Below are positions 13,027 to 27,300 of a stretch of DNA of 64,000 nt, piece after piece (position 1 is the first letter of the stretch; every line of letters begins with the position of its first letter). Source of the DNA: Eledone cirrhosa (lineage: Eukaryota); contig OZ024764.1 in assembly GCA_964016885.1 (NCBI GenBank), forward strand, positions 16,058,001-16,122,000. The letters are read 5' to 3'. A program made the translations under genes and the position numbers. The notes under the pieces are model-generated. The model made no database searches. It worked only from the letters and a program-made list of their open reading frames with translations, and had not been told where the DNA came from.

Positions 13027-13869
13027 CCAGACACACAGGTGAGGGTGGTGATGATAATGCCTTACCCTTGGGCAACATCGGTGGCCTAAAGAGGGGGGGG
13101 GGGACTGGTCTGTATTTGTAGGTTTGGTGGATGATTGCTGGCTCTCTGCTCTGCTCATCCACATTCCACTCGACAGAGTGAGACCCCCCCCCTTTCAGTG
13201 GAGTGGAGTGAAGTTGTCAAGTGAGACTTCCCTCGAGTGGAGTGGAGTTGTCAAGTGAGGATCCCCTTGTGTGGAGTGAAGTTGTCAAGTGAGACTTCTC
13301 TCGAGTGGAGTGGAGTAGTCAAGTGAGGATCTCCTTGTGTGGAGTGAAGTTGTCAAGTGAGACTTCCCTCGAGTGGAGTGGACTTGTCAAGTGAGGATCC
13401 TCTTGTGTGGAGTGAAGTCAGTTTAGTTATCAACAGATTGACCACAAAGCAGGTACTACTGTGGCCATGCTGGGGCATTAGACTGACCATGTCTTGCTCA
13501 TACCGGAGTGATTTTGGTTTGGTTTCTACAACTGGATGCCCTTCCTAACACCAACCACGTTTTTTGTCATGACCCCTACATGACCACTTTACAGTGAGTA
13601 CTGGGTGCTTTTTGTCATGACCACTTTACAGTGTGGACTGGGTACTTTTTGACATGACACCTACACAACCACTTTACAGAGTGGACTGGGTGCTTTTCTG
13701 TCGTGACACCTACACAACCACTTTGCAGTGGGAGGGCATACTGTGTATATGCTTCAGCTTCAGCTTGCACCCATGGGAAGACGTGTCTTCTGTATTACTG
13801 CGTAACGCCAGAGATCTTGGTCCTGTGTCATTGCATTTGAGAGGTGCAATTGGACAAGGTCAGCTTTTA

Positions 13870-14350
13870 TCACCTCATCCCAAGTCTTCCTGGATCTCCC
13901 ACTCCAAGGCTGCCATCGACTTTGAGCGCTCTGCACTTTTTTATGCAGCTGTTATCTTTCATACGCATCGCATATCCATACCAAAGCAACCTCTCCTCAC
14001 ACAACATTTAATTCCACTTATGACTAGTTTCTCTCTCAGTTGTGCTTCACTGTTAATGTATATTACTATTACATATCCAACGGAGCATCTAAAATTCATT
14101 TCTTTCCAATCTACGCAAGTCTTCTGCACACAGTGCCCAGGTCTCGCTACCATGCAACATTGCTGTTCGTATGCACGCATCAATGCAGTCTGCCTTTCAC
14201 TTTGAAGCTAGCAGTGTTAGTAGCTCCTTGACCTTCTTCCATGCCGTTCTTACTCTGGTTACTGTACCCACCTCCACTACTAATTTGGTCACCCAGGTAG
14301 CAGAAGCTGTCTACTGTTTCTACGGAGCCCTCCCAGAATTTGGTAGTACC
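13870..14350 (-). mobile_element. Degenerate RTE-clade LINE fragment
   Basis: Diverged match to the 'LHGSETW...MLRWMC...' RTE region seen at 41385-41825. Confidence 0.6.
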
Positions 14351-15439
14351 TGCTTACTATCCTGGTACAGCTACTACATGTAAAGCTTACATTCTTAGCT
14401 AAACTTCCTGAGATCCCACTACATATATGTCAGTTTTTCCACGGGTCCTTTTCAACACAGCATCTCTCTCTACACACCATGGTCCTACATGATCATAACT
14501 GTGTATACCCACATATATATTGTTTTGCAAGGTTTTTGATATGAAATCGTGTGTCGAAACAAATATTGTTATACTTGGGGAGGGTCATATTGTTGTAATA
14601 TTGCCAGAAATAATAGAACATGCTCACATAAAAATGGCGTAGACATACAATACAATAGGAGGGAACATAATAGTACCACTGATGATGTTGCAGATGTGCA
14701 ACAAAAGAACTCTGGTAGACTATATATATATATATATATTTATATCTGTATGTTTAACCGTTGGTCAATCAATGATAAACATTGATTGCCAAATAAATTA
14801 ACTATGGAGATATAAAAGATACAGAAGCGAAAACCAACCAAACTGAGTGTGTTCTGTTATTATTTCTGGCAATATTACAACAATAGTCGCGGGGTCGATA
14901 AAATAAAGTACCAGTGATGTACTGGGTAATTGCTGGCCTTGTGCCAAAAGTAGAAACAATATGACCCTGCCCAAATATAACAATATATATGTATATATAT
15001 ATGTGTACACATACAAACCTATTCAGTGGGCTTGGTACAGTTTCTGTCTACCAAATTCACTAACATATGCACTTGTAGAAGCCTTCTTCCATACATTTAG
15101 ACATACCTTCTGTATATATCATCACCATCACCATCACCACCAGTTTTACATCCATCTCTCAACACTACCATGAATGGGTTGACCAGGTCTGTATAACAGC
15201 TGCAGGTTTGGAACTTACTCTCGTCTCTTCTGTTTACTCAATCATGGCTGACTTGTGGGGACGTGTAAATATGTCTGTACTCTGTAAATTGCTACACATG
15301 GAACTTTTTGTGGAACTACTGGAGAATTTACCCAACGAAATAGCTCAACTGTTGAGTCACCCACTACTGTAAGCGACCCCTTATTCTTGTTATAGAATCA
15401 AATTAATTGATTACACTAACAGAAACTGAATAATATAAT

Positions 15440-15485
<46 letters not shown>

Positions 15486-17348
15486 TCATCTTCGTTTAAC
15501 ATCCATTTTCCAAATTATATATATATATATATATATACGCCTGAACATACACACATTTATATGTATACATGAACATATATAGATATATGTATATCTATAT
15601 CACGCATATATATATAGATAGATATACATACATGAATATACACAAATACTATTACCCTCATATATATATATATATATATATAAAACATGAGAAGAAAGAA
15701 GAATACTGCGTGGCTGCACATGGGTTACATATGATAAAAATAGTCCTTCGTCAGTGATTTTCCAACCATCATTGGTATTTCATCGCATTAAAAATCATAT
15801 ACCTCAGGTTGGTGCGAGCAATAGCTAAAAAGTTATTGGGACCAGTAAATCACATAAAGCGAGGGGGACAAGTCAACAACATAGAAGAATAAAAGCAAAC
15901 CAAAGATAGGAAAATAAACAAGCAACATGGTTGTCCGGTCAGCATAAGCTGGGTGGATTTCATGAGCGAGAGAGGTACAGACCGTCCAACGTGAGTGAGA
16001 TGTTAGCAAGAAGAGACCCACAAATATCCACCACATATTTATACATACTTTCACCACACACATGATGGAGCCTGTGTGTTCAATATACCTGCTAGAAATA
16101 ACCACCATATCTGCCTCATTTCACACAAAACCACCCTGCCACATTGGATAATGTTATCCTAGATACTCTTAGGTATCTGTAGGTGAAGACAACTTTGATC
16201 ATAGGTTTGCTGGATCGGTTCTGACCTAGGGTTAAACTGTGGCACACTGAAACATTACAAGAGGAAGGAGAAGCCTGTACATGGTCACATGATATGCTAG
16301 AAACAGCAGCCAATTGTGGTCATGGATGTAGAAATATACCTGATGAAGTCAGACCTGGAACTAAACAACAAACCTGAATTATTATACGACCACCTCAACA
16401 ATATTTATATGCATGAAAGCCACCACATCACCCACAACCAAGACCATTATCATTATCATTATCATCATCATCATTTGACTTGAACCAAAGAGCGAGCCTG
16501 CTAGAAATAGTAGCCAAATTCCTTATTAGAATATACAAGAGAGACTACACTGAACAGTAAAAGACCCTGTTTTGGTCCTCAATAATCATTCGTTGTGCAC
16601 CTAGAAAGTTCCTTTCGGAGACACCAACCTTGACGAGGTGTTTCAGTGGAAGCAGTCACACACCAGTTGCTCTTCTCCATACCACCGATGTTGTTCTGGG
16701 AAAAAACTATAGCTGATACAACTTGGTACCAGTGACATTGCAACAAATATATACACTATATATAAATATAGTATATATACACTATATATAATGTTGTCCC
16801 AGGGAAAGGCAATGGCTGATACAACTTGGTACCAGTGACATTGCAACAATTATATACACTATATATATATTATACATATACACTATATATACACTATATA
16901 CTTTATATACATTATATATACACTATATATGATGTTGTTACAGGGAAAGACAAAAGTTGGTACATGTAAATTTCTGAAAACAAAAATCAAAGGGAACATT
17001 TGATGATGTAGTCCAAGGTACATCATGCATTAAAAAAAAAATGACATCACTATTGAGTTTGACCAGGGGCTATACAACAAACCAATAAAGGAAGCCCCTG
17101 TGTGGTCACCTTGTATGCTAGAAATAGCAACAAAATCTCTCCTAAAGCATAGACACATCACAGTCAGGATTGCTATGGCTGGACTGATGCTGTTTTGATC
17201 ATAGGTCAGCTCGATCTAAATTGACCTAGGGTTAAACAACATAACCAAATTTCATCCACTGAGGGAATAGACTATATATATATATACTTATATATATATA
17301 CTCACACATATATATATACACATACATTTATATATATACACATACATC

Positions 17349-17379
<31 letters not shown>

Positions 17380-17807
17380 ATTTATATATATATATATTCA
17401 TATACTCATATGTATACACACATATATACACACATACACACATATATACACACACACTGCCATTTGCTCACTTGTATATTCATCTCATACAGAACTTTGA
17501 TAAAATACAATTCTTAATTTATTTTACTATAATTATTATTACTATTTAACAAATTAACAGAATCCTATTCACTAATTAATAAAAAAAATGTTTAAAATGA
17601 CAACAATACAATTTTCAAATTCTATCAGAAAAATAAATAAGTATTTTCATTTATTTTATTTTATTGTTTCTAATTATCATCATCATCTTCATCATCATCG
17701 TTAGTCTTGTTTGTATCACACCTGAGTTTCTCAAATTGGACACTGCCGCACCTGGGAAGAGGCATTGAAAAGGTTCAAGGGGGCGCTAGAGATGATATTA
17801 TAGAATA

Positions 17808-19231
17808 TTAACCCTTTAGCATTTCAACCGGCTGTAACTGGCCACTCATACTGATGTTAAGGTATTGTTCTCAAAACAAATAACATCGAAATCTCGTAGA
17901 TTCAGTATTATGTAAGGTAAAGCCTTTACTGTGAAAATACAATAGTATATATAGAGTAATGTAAATGTTATGTGAGATATTATGTGAGGTAAAGCCTTTA
18001 CTGTGAAAATACAATAGTATATATAGAGTAATGTAAATGTTATGTGAGATATTATGTGAGGTAAAGCCTTTACTGTGAAAATACAATAGTATATATAGAG
18101 TAATGTAAATGTTATGTGAGGTAAAGCCTTTACTGTGACAATACAATAGTATATATAGAGTAATGTAAATGTTATGTGAGGTAAAGCCTTTACTGTGAAA
18201 ATACAATAGTATATATAGAGTAATGTAAATGTTATGTGAGATATTATGTGAAGTAAAGCCTTTACTGTGAAAATACAATAGTATATATAGAGTAATGTAA
18301 ATGTTATGTGAGATATTATGTGAGGTAAAGCCTTTACTGTGAAAATACAATAGTATATATAGAGTAATGTAAATGTTATGTGAGATATTATGTGAGGTAA
18401 AGCCTTTACTGTGAAAATACAATAGTATATATAGAGTAATGTAAATGTTATGTGAGGTAAAGCCTTTACTGTGACAATACAATAGTATATATAGAGTAAT
18501 GTAAATGTTATGTGAGGTAAAGCCTTTACTGTGACAATACAATAGTATATATAGAGTAATGTAAATGCTATGTGAGATATTATGTGAGGTAAAGCCTTTA
18601 CTGTGACAATACAATAGTATATATAGAGTAATGTAAATATTATGTGAGGTAAAGCCTTTACTGTGAAAATACAATAGTATATATAGAGTAATGTAAATGT
18701 TATGTGAGGTAAAGCCTTTACTGTGAAAATACAATAGTATATATAGAGTAATGTAAATGTTATGTGAGATATTATGTGAAGTAAAGCCTTTACTGTGAAA
18801 ATACAATAGTATATATAGAGTAATGTAAATGTTATGTGAGATATTATGTGAGGTAAAGCCTTTACTGTGAAAATACAATAGTATATATAGAGTAATGTAA
18901 ATGTTATGTGAGATATTATGTGAGGTAAAGCCTTTACTGTGAAAATACAATAGTATATATAGAGTAATGTAAATGTTATGTGAGGTAAAGCCTTTACTGT
19001 GACAATACAATAGTATATATAGAGTAATGTAAATGTTATGTGAGGTAAAGCCTTTACTGTGACAATACAATAGTATATATAGAGTAATGTAAATGCTATG
19101 TGAGGTAAAGCCTTTACTGTGACAATACAATAGTATATATAGAGTAATGTAAATATTATGTGAGGTAAAGCCTTTACTGTGACAATACAATAGTATATAT
19201 AGAGTAATGTAAATGTTATGTGAGATATTAT
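17808..19231 (+). mobile_element. piggyBac-like MITE (TTAA+CCCTTTAGCATTT end) with amplified 60/71-bp subterminal array (about 17905-19231)
   Basis: TTAACCCTTTAGCATTT at 17808; similar ends at 22347, 53722 and 62617. Confidence 0.65.
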
Positions 19232-19539
19232 GTTAGTAGGTGAACACAGCCAGATTGATTTCTTGTAAGACAATGAGATAGATGGACTGTAATAAATACT
19301 AAGGCCTTCCCGAAGGAAGAATGTGCTGCCCAACACAAGTTAGTTATTAGTGACATCAGGGTAAACAAAAGACAACGAGATACGTGGGAATATATGGTTT
19401 AGAAGATAAAGGACCTTTTTTATAGGTTTAGAAAGGCCCGATGGGATACATTTGATGAAAGAAGAGACAAGTTAGACACATAAGGTAGAGGACAGTTGGA
19501 AATTGTTATGTGACAACCTACTGCAGACTACTGATGAGA

Positions 19540-20625
19540 CTTGTGGCTGGAGCAAAGTACCAGCCAGACAGAGGTGACTTGTGGCTGGAGCAAAGTACCA
19601 GCTAGACTAAGGGTGACTTGGAGCTGGAGCAAAGTACCAGCCAGACTGAGAGTGACTTGGAGCTGGAGCAAAGTACCAGCCAGACTGAGAGTGACTTGGA
19701 GCTGGAGCAAAGTACCAGCCAGACAGAGGTGACTTGGAGCTGGAGCAAAGTACCAGCTAGACTAAGGGTGACTTGGAGCTGGAGCAAAGTACCAGCCAGA
19801 CAGAGGTGACTTGGAGCTGGAGCAAAGTACCAGCCAGACTGAGGGTGACTTGGAGCTGGAGCAAAGTACCAGCTAGACTAAGGGTGACTTGGAGCTGGAG
19901 CAAAGTACCAGCCAGACAGAGGGTGACTTGGAGTTGGAGCAAAGTACCAGCCAGACTGAGGGTGACTTGGAGCTGGAGCAAAGTACCAGCTAGACTAAGG
20001 GTGACTTGGAGCTGGAGCAAAGTACCAGCCAGACTAAGGGTGACTTGGAGCTGGAGCAAAGTACCAGCTAGACTAAGGGTGACTTGGAGCTGGAGCAAAG
20101 TACCAGCCAGACTAAGGGTGACTTGGAGCTGGAGCAAAGTACCAGCTAGACTAAGGGTGACTTGGAGCTGGAGCAAAGTACCAGCTAGACTGAGGGTGAC
20201 TTGGAGCTGGAGCAAAGTACCAGCCAGACTAAGGGTGACTTGGAGCTGGAGCAAAGTACCAGTCAGACTAAGGGTGACTTGGAGCTGGAGCAAAGTACCA
20301 GTCAGACAGAGGGTGACTTGGAGCTGGAGCAAAGTACCAGCCAGACTAAGGGTGACTTGGAGCTGGAGCAAAGTACCAGCCAGACTAAGGGTGACTTGGA
20401 GCTGGAGCAAAGTACCAGCCAGACTAAGGGTGACTTGGAGCTGGAGCAAAGTACCAGCCAGACTAAGGGTGACTTGGAGCTGGAGCAAAGTACCAGTCAG
20501 ACTAAGGGTGACTTGGAGCTGGAGCAAAGTACCAGCCAGACTGAGGGTGACTTGGAGCTGGAGCAAAGTACCAGCCAGACTAAGGGTGACTTGGAGCTGG
20601 AGCAAAGTACCAGTCAGACAGAGGA
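19540..20625. repeat. 39-bp minisatellite, about 28 copies, derived from RTE LINE ORF sequence
   Basis: Unit GTGACTTGGAGCTGGAGCAAAGTACCAGCCAGACTAAGG; preceded by 'EDSWKLLCDNLLQTTDETCGWSK', similar to the RTE fragment at 54161. Confidence 0.9.
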
Positions 20626-20833
20626 ATCGATAGAATAAGTAACAGACTCTAAGAAATAAGTAGTAGGGTCGATATGATCAACTAAAGCTTTTATAGGAAA
20701 TAAATTTCAGTAGTTTATTGATAAAGCAGTAATTTATTCCGTGTGAGTAGAATCGGAATAAATATACAGAAGAGACTTTTTCGTCTTTCACCGAAGACAT
20801 TCAACAGCAGCAGCAGTCTGTCATTAAAACATT

Positions 20834-20836
20834 ATG
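20834..20836 (+). CDS. RABGGTA: RABGGTA exon 1 coding part (ATG only)
   Basis: ATG|gtgagt donor; the next exon starts CAT GGT CGT (HGR) with no Met. Confidence 0.75.
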
Positions 20837-20974
20837 GTGAGTTGACTTTATATATTAATGTGTGTGGATATATATATTTTCGTGTGAGTATATATATATA
20901 TATACTGTCGAGTGCATATAGTATATATGAGTGCTTGTGTAAAATCACGACCGCGCCGCCGAGTGCTTTCGGCT

Positions 20975-21006
<32 letters not shown>

Positions 21007-21228
21007 CACACACAAGCCGAAACCACTGGGCCGTATATGTATATATATATATATATATGAAAAATTCGGGACCCCAACGGCTGAACTTTAACAGCTAGAT
21101 CTAGCTGTTGAAACGGCAGGAGCTCAACCGTCGGGGTCCCGAATTTTTCATAATACCCCTCTAATAGTCTCAAGTATCGAGTACTCTGGTGAATAATGGT
21201 CTAACTGGTTTTTACTGCATCCATTCTG

Positions 21229-21303
<75 letters not shown>

Positions 21304-24300
21304 TATATATAAGTCCAGAAATAGCCGTCGAAACGGCTTGAGTTCTGCCGTCGGGGTCTTAAATTTTCCTATGTATATATATATATATGTGTGTTTAACA
21401 AAGAGGGTGTGGTAAGGAACCAGCTGGACCATAACGCACCAGAGTACTCAATACTTTGGGTCGTAGAGTGGGTAATAGGAAAATAGCCAGGACCCCGACG
21501 GCTGAGCTCCTGCCGTTTCGACAGCTAGAATGTTGTGTGCGGTTGTATAGTATGGTGGTGGTGTGTTGAAGTGGTGATGGTGGTTGTGTGTTGAAGTGGT
21601 GATGGTGGTGGTGGTGTGTTGTAGTGGTGATGGTGGTGGTGGTTGTATAGTATGGTGTAGTGGTGGTGGTGTGATGTAGTGATGGTGGTGGTTGTGTGTT
21701 GTAGTGGTGATGGTGGTGGTTGTTGTTAGTATGGTGTAGTGGTGGTGGTGGTGTGATGTAGTGATGGAGGTGGTGGTGTGTTGAAGTGGTGATGGTGGTG
21801 GTTGTTGTTAGTATGGTGTAGTGGTGTGTTGAAGTGGGGATGGTGGTTGTGTGTTGAAGTGGTGGCGGTGATGGTGATTGTTAGTATGGTGTAGTGGTGG
21901 TGGTGGTGGTGGTGGTGTGTTGAAGTGGTGATGGTGGTTGTGTGTTGAAGTGGCGGTGGTGATGGTGGTTGTATAGTATGGTGTAGTGGTGGTGGTGTGA
22001 TGTAGTGATGGTGGTGGTGGTGTGTTGTAGTGGTGATGGTGGTTGTGGTTGTTAGTATGGTGTGGTGTAGTGGTGGTGGTGTGGTGTGGTGTGATGTAGT
22101 GATGATGGTGGTGGTGAAGTGTGACCCAATCCTAACATATCAGTCTTTACTGTTGTCTTCCATCGCTCCAGCATGGTCGTGTGAAGGTGCGAACAACAGC
22201 CGAACAGGCTGAATTGAAACGGAAAGAATGTGAGAAGAAACTCCAACTTTACAACGCAGCATTAAAAAAAATATTCAATAAGGTATGTAGATTCTCAAGC
22301 AGCCATCTGCTCCCTATTAATAGCAATGGTCCTTTTTTTCACACTTTTAACCCTTTAGCATTTACATTACTCTATATATACTATTGTATTGTCACAGTAA
22401 AGGCTTTACCTCACATAATATCTCACATAACATTTACATTACTCTATATATACTATTGTATTGTCACAGTAAAGGCTTTACCTCACATAATATCTCACAT
22501 AACATTTACATTACTCTATATATACTATTGTATTTTCACAGTAAAGGTTTTACCTCACATAATATCTCACATAACATTTACATTACTCTATATATACTAT
22601 TGTATTTTCACAGTAATGGCTTTACCTCACATAATATCTCACATAACATTTACATTATTCTATATATACTATTGTATTGTCACAGTAAAGGCTTTACCTC
22701 ACATAATATCTCACATAACATTTACATTACTCTATATATACTATTGTATTGTCACAGTAAAGGCTTTACCTCACATAATATCTCACATAACATTTACATT
22801 ACTCTATATATACTATTGTATTTTCACAGTAAAGGCTTTACCTCACATAATATCTCACATAACATTTACATTACTCTATATATACTATTGTATTGTCACA
22901 GTAAAGGCTTTACCTCACATAATACCTCACGTACCATTTACATTACTCTATATATACTATTGTATTTTGACAGTAAAGTCTTTACCTCACATAATACCTC
23001 ACATAACATTTACATTACTCTATATATACTATTGTATTTTCACAGTAAAGGCTTACCTCACATAATTATCTGCCAAGGGCACGACCGCAAACCTGTTGGA
23101 GAGCGACCGGTTCTTGCTTGTTTCCAACAGTTCATAACTTCAAAGCTAGATGGCATTACTAGTTTATTGATGTCACGTTTGTCAATCATTCAGATATGTG
23201 GTTAATAAATGTTTGTTTAAAAAAATAGTCATTTTACTGGAAAAGAACTGGCACAGCAACTGTAACCGTGTAAAATATACGCGGCAGTCAACACAGCAAC
23301 TGTAACCGTGTAAAATATACGCGGCAGTCAACACAGCAACTGTAGCTGTGTAAAATATATGCGGCAGTCAACAGGTTAATTGTAGCTGTGTAAAATATAC
23401 GCAGCAGTCAACAGGTTAATTGTAGCTGCGTAAAATATATGTGGCGGTCACCAGGTTAATTGTGAATTTTTTTTTTTATCCCTTTTTTTGTAGCGTAACC
23501 AGTCTATCTTTGATGAAGAGGGGCTGACCCTCTGCTCTGAAGTTCTCCTCGTCAACCCAGATTTCTACACCATGTGGAACTTCCGCAAGGAAATATTTGT
23601 CTTCTTTAAAGAGACAAAGTAGGTTTCTCTCTTTCTTTTCTCCCTCTCCCTTCTCTATTTCTCTCTCTGCTCTTTCTCGATAGACTGTGTCTGTATATAA
23701 GACAGGACACATTAGATAATGTAGTCCTAGGTAGACTGTGTCTGTATATAAGACAGGACACATTAGATAATGTAGTCCTAGGTACACTGTCTGTATATAA
23801 GACAGGACACATTAGATAATGTAGTCTTAGGTACACTGAGTTTGTATATAAGATAGGACACATTAGATAATGTAGTCCTAGATAGACTGTGTCTGTATAT
23901 AAGACAGGACACATTAGATAGTGTAGTCCTAGATACACTGTGTCTGTATATAAGACAGGACACATTAGATAATGTAGTCCTAGATACACTGTGTCTGTAT
24001 ATAAGACAGGACACATTAGATAATGTAGTCCTAGAGAGACTGTGTCTGTATATAAGACAGGACACATTAGATAATGTAGTCCATGATACACTGTGTCTGT
24101 ATATAAGACAGGACACATTAGATAATGTAGTCCTAGGTAGACTGTGTCTGTATATAAGACAGGACACATTAGATAATGTAGTCCTAGATACACTGTGTCT
24201 GTATATAAGACAGGACACATTAGATAATGGAGTCCTAGGTAGACTGTGTCTGTATATAAGACAGGACACATTAGATAATGTAGTCCTAGGTACACTGTGT

Positions 24301-27300
24301 CTGTATATAAGACAGGACACATTAGACAATGTAGTCCAAGATATACTGTGTCTGTATATAAGACAGGACACATTAGATAATGTAGTCCTAGGTAGACTGT
24401 GTCTGTATATAAGACAGGACACATTAGATAATGTAGTCCTAGGTAGACTGTGTCTGTATATAAGACAGGGCACATTAGATAATGTAGTCCTAGGTAGACT
24501 GTGTCTGTATATAAGACAGGACACATTAGATAATGTAGTCCTAGATACACTGTGTCTGTATATATGACAGGACACATTAGATAATGTAGTCCTAGATACA
24601 CTGTGTCTGTAGATAAGACAGGACACATTAGATAATGTAGTCCTAGGTACACTGTGTCTGTATATAAGACAGGACACATTAGATAATGTAGTCCTAGATA
24701 CACTGTGTCTGTATATAAGACAGGACACATTAGATAATGTAGTCCTAGGTACACTGTGTCTGTATATAAGACAGGACACATTAGATAATGTAGTCCTAGA
24801 TACACCGTGTCTGTATATAAGACAGGACACATTAGATAATGTAGTCCTAGGTAGACTGTGTCTGTATATAAGACAGGACACATTAGATATTGTAGTCCTA
24901 GATACACTGTGTCTGTATATAAGACAGGACACATTAGATAATGTAGTCCTAGATACACTGTGTCTGTATATAAGACAGGACACATTAGATAATGTAGTCC
25001 TAGATACACTGTGTCTGTATATAAGACAGGACACATTAGATAATGTAGTCCTAGATACACTGTGTCTGTATATAAGACAGGACACATTAGATAATGTAGT
25101 CCTAGATACACTGTGTCTGTATATAAGACAGGACACATTAGATAATGTAGTCCTAGATACACTGTGTCTGTATATAAGACAGGACACATTAGATAATGTA
25201 GTCCTAGATACACTGTGTCTGTATATAAGACAGAAGACATTAGATAATGTAGTCCTAGATATACTGTGTCTGTATATAAGACAGGACACATTAGATAATG
25301 TAGTCCTAGATACACTGTGTCTGTATATAAGACAGGACACATTAGATAATGTAATCCTAGATACACTGTGTCTGTATATAAGACAGGACACATTAGATAA
25401 TGTGGTCCTAGATACACTGTGTCTGTATATAAGACAGGACACATTAGATAATGTAGTCCTAGGTAGACTGTGTCTGTATATAAGACAGGACACATTAGAT
25501 AATGTAGTCCTAGATACACTGTGTCTGTATATAAGACAGGACACATTAGATAATGTAGTCCTAGGTACACTGTGTCTGTATATAAGACAGGACACATTAG
25601 ATAATGTAGTCCTAAGTAGACTGTCTGTATATAAGACAGGACACATTAGATAATGTAGTCCTAGGTAGACTGTGTCTGTATATAAGACAGGACACATTAG
25701 ATAATGTAGTCCTAGATACACTGTGTCTGTATATAAGACAGGACACATTAGATAATGTAGTCCTAGGTACACTGTGTCTGTATATAAGACAGGACACATT
25801 AGATAATGTAGTCCTAGATATACTGTGTCTGTATATAAGACAGGACACATTAGATAGTGTAGTCCTAGGTACACTGTGTCTGTATATAAGACAGGACACA
25901 TTAGATAATGTAGTCCTAGGTAGACTGTGTCTGTATATAAGACAGGACACATTAGATAATGTAGTCCTAGATATACTGTGTCTGTATATAAGACAGGACA
26001 CATTAGATAGTGTAGTCCTAGGTACACTGTGTCTGTATATAAGACAGGACACATTAGATAATGTAGTCCTAGGTAGACTGTGTCTGTATATAAGACAGGA
26101 CACATTAGATAATGTAGTCCTAGATATACTGTGTCTGTATATAAGACAGGACACATTAGACAATGTAGTCCTAGGTACACTGTGTCTGTATATAAGACAG
26201 GACACCCCACCACTACCACCACCACCACTACTACAACTACTAATGGTTTCCCCTATATTTGCAGATCTTCAGAAGAGGTGCAAGGTTTGTGTGAAGAGGA
26301 GTTGTCCTTCATTGAATCCTGCCTCCGGGTTAACCCCAAATCTTACGGGACCTGGCACCACCGTATCTTTGTCCAGGAGAACATACCAGAACCTCACTGG
26401 AACAGGGAGCTGCTGCTGTGTAACAAGTTCCTGGAGATTGATGAAAGGAATTGTAAGTATAGGTTGTAGTATAGTGTGGTGGGGGCTGTGTTGTAGTGTA
26501 GGTAGTGGTATAGTGTGGTAGGGTTGTGTTGTAGTATAGTGTGGTAGGGCTGTGTTGTAGTGTAGGTAGTGGTATAGTGTGGGAGGGTTGTGTTGTAGTA
26601 TAGTGTGGTAGGGCTGTGTTGTAGTGTAGGTAGTGGTATAGTGTGGGAGGGTTGTGTTGTAGTATAGCTGTGGTATAGTGTGGTAGGGCTGTGTTGTAGT
26701 GTAGGTAGTGGTATAGTGTGGGAGGGTTGTGTTGTAGTATAGTGTGGTGGGGCTGTGTTGTAGTGTAGGTAGTGGTATAGTGTGGGAGGGTTGTGTTGTA
26801 GTGTAGGTAGTGGTATAGTGTGGTAGGGTTGTGTTGTAGTATAGTGTGGTAGGGCTGTGTTGTAGTGTAGTTAGTGGTATAGTGTGGGAGGGTTGTGTTG
26901 TAGTATAGCTGTGGTATAGTGTGGTAGGGTTGTGTTGTAGTATAGTGTGGTAGGGCTGTGTTGTAGTGTAGTTAGTGGTATAGTGTGGGAGGGTTGTGTT
27001 GTAGTATAGCTGTGGTATAGTGTGGTAGGGTTGTGTTGTAGTATAGTGTGGTAGGGTTGTGTTGTAGTATAGTGTGGTAGGGCTGTGTTGTAGTGTAGTT
27101 AGTGGTATAGTGTGGGAGGGTTGTGTTGTAGTATAGCTGTGGTATAGTGTGGTAGGGTTGTGTTGTAGTATAGTGTGGTAGGGTTGTGTTGTAGTGTAGG
27201 TAGTGGTATAGTGTGGGAGGGTTGTGTTGTAGTATAGCTGTGGTATAGTGTGGTAGGGCTGTGTTGTAGTGTAGGTAGTGGTATAGTGTGGGAGGGTTGT

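Noticed and set aside
16340-16370. CTGATGA near 16340 and CTGACGA on the - strand near 15750
   Set aside because: No properly placed GAAA or stems for a hammerhead
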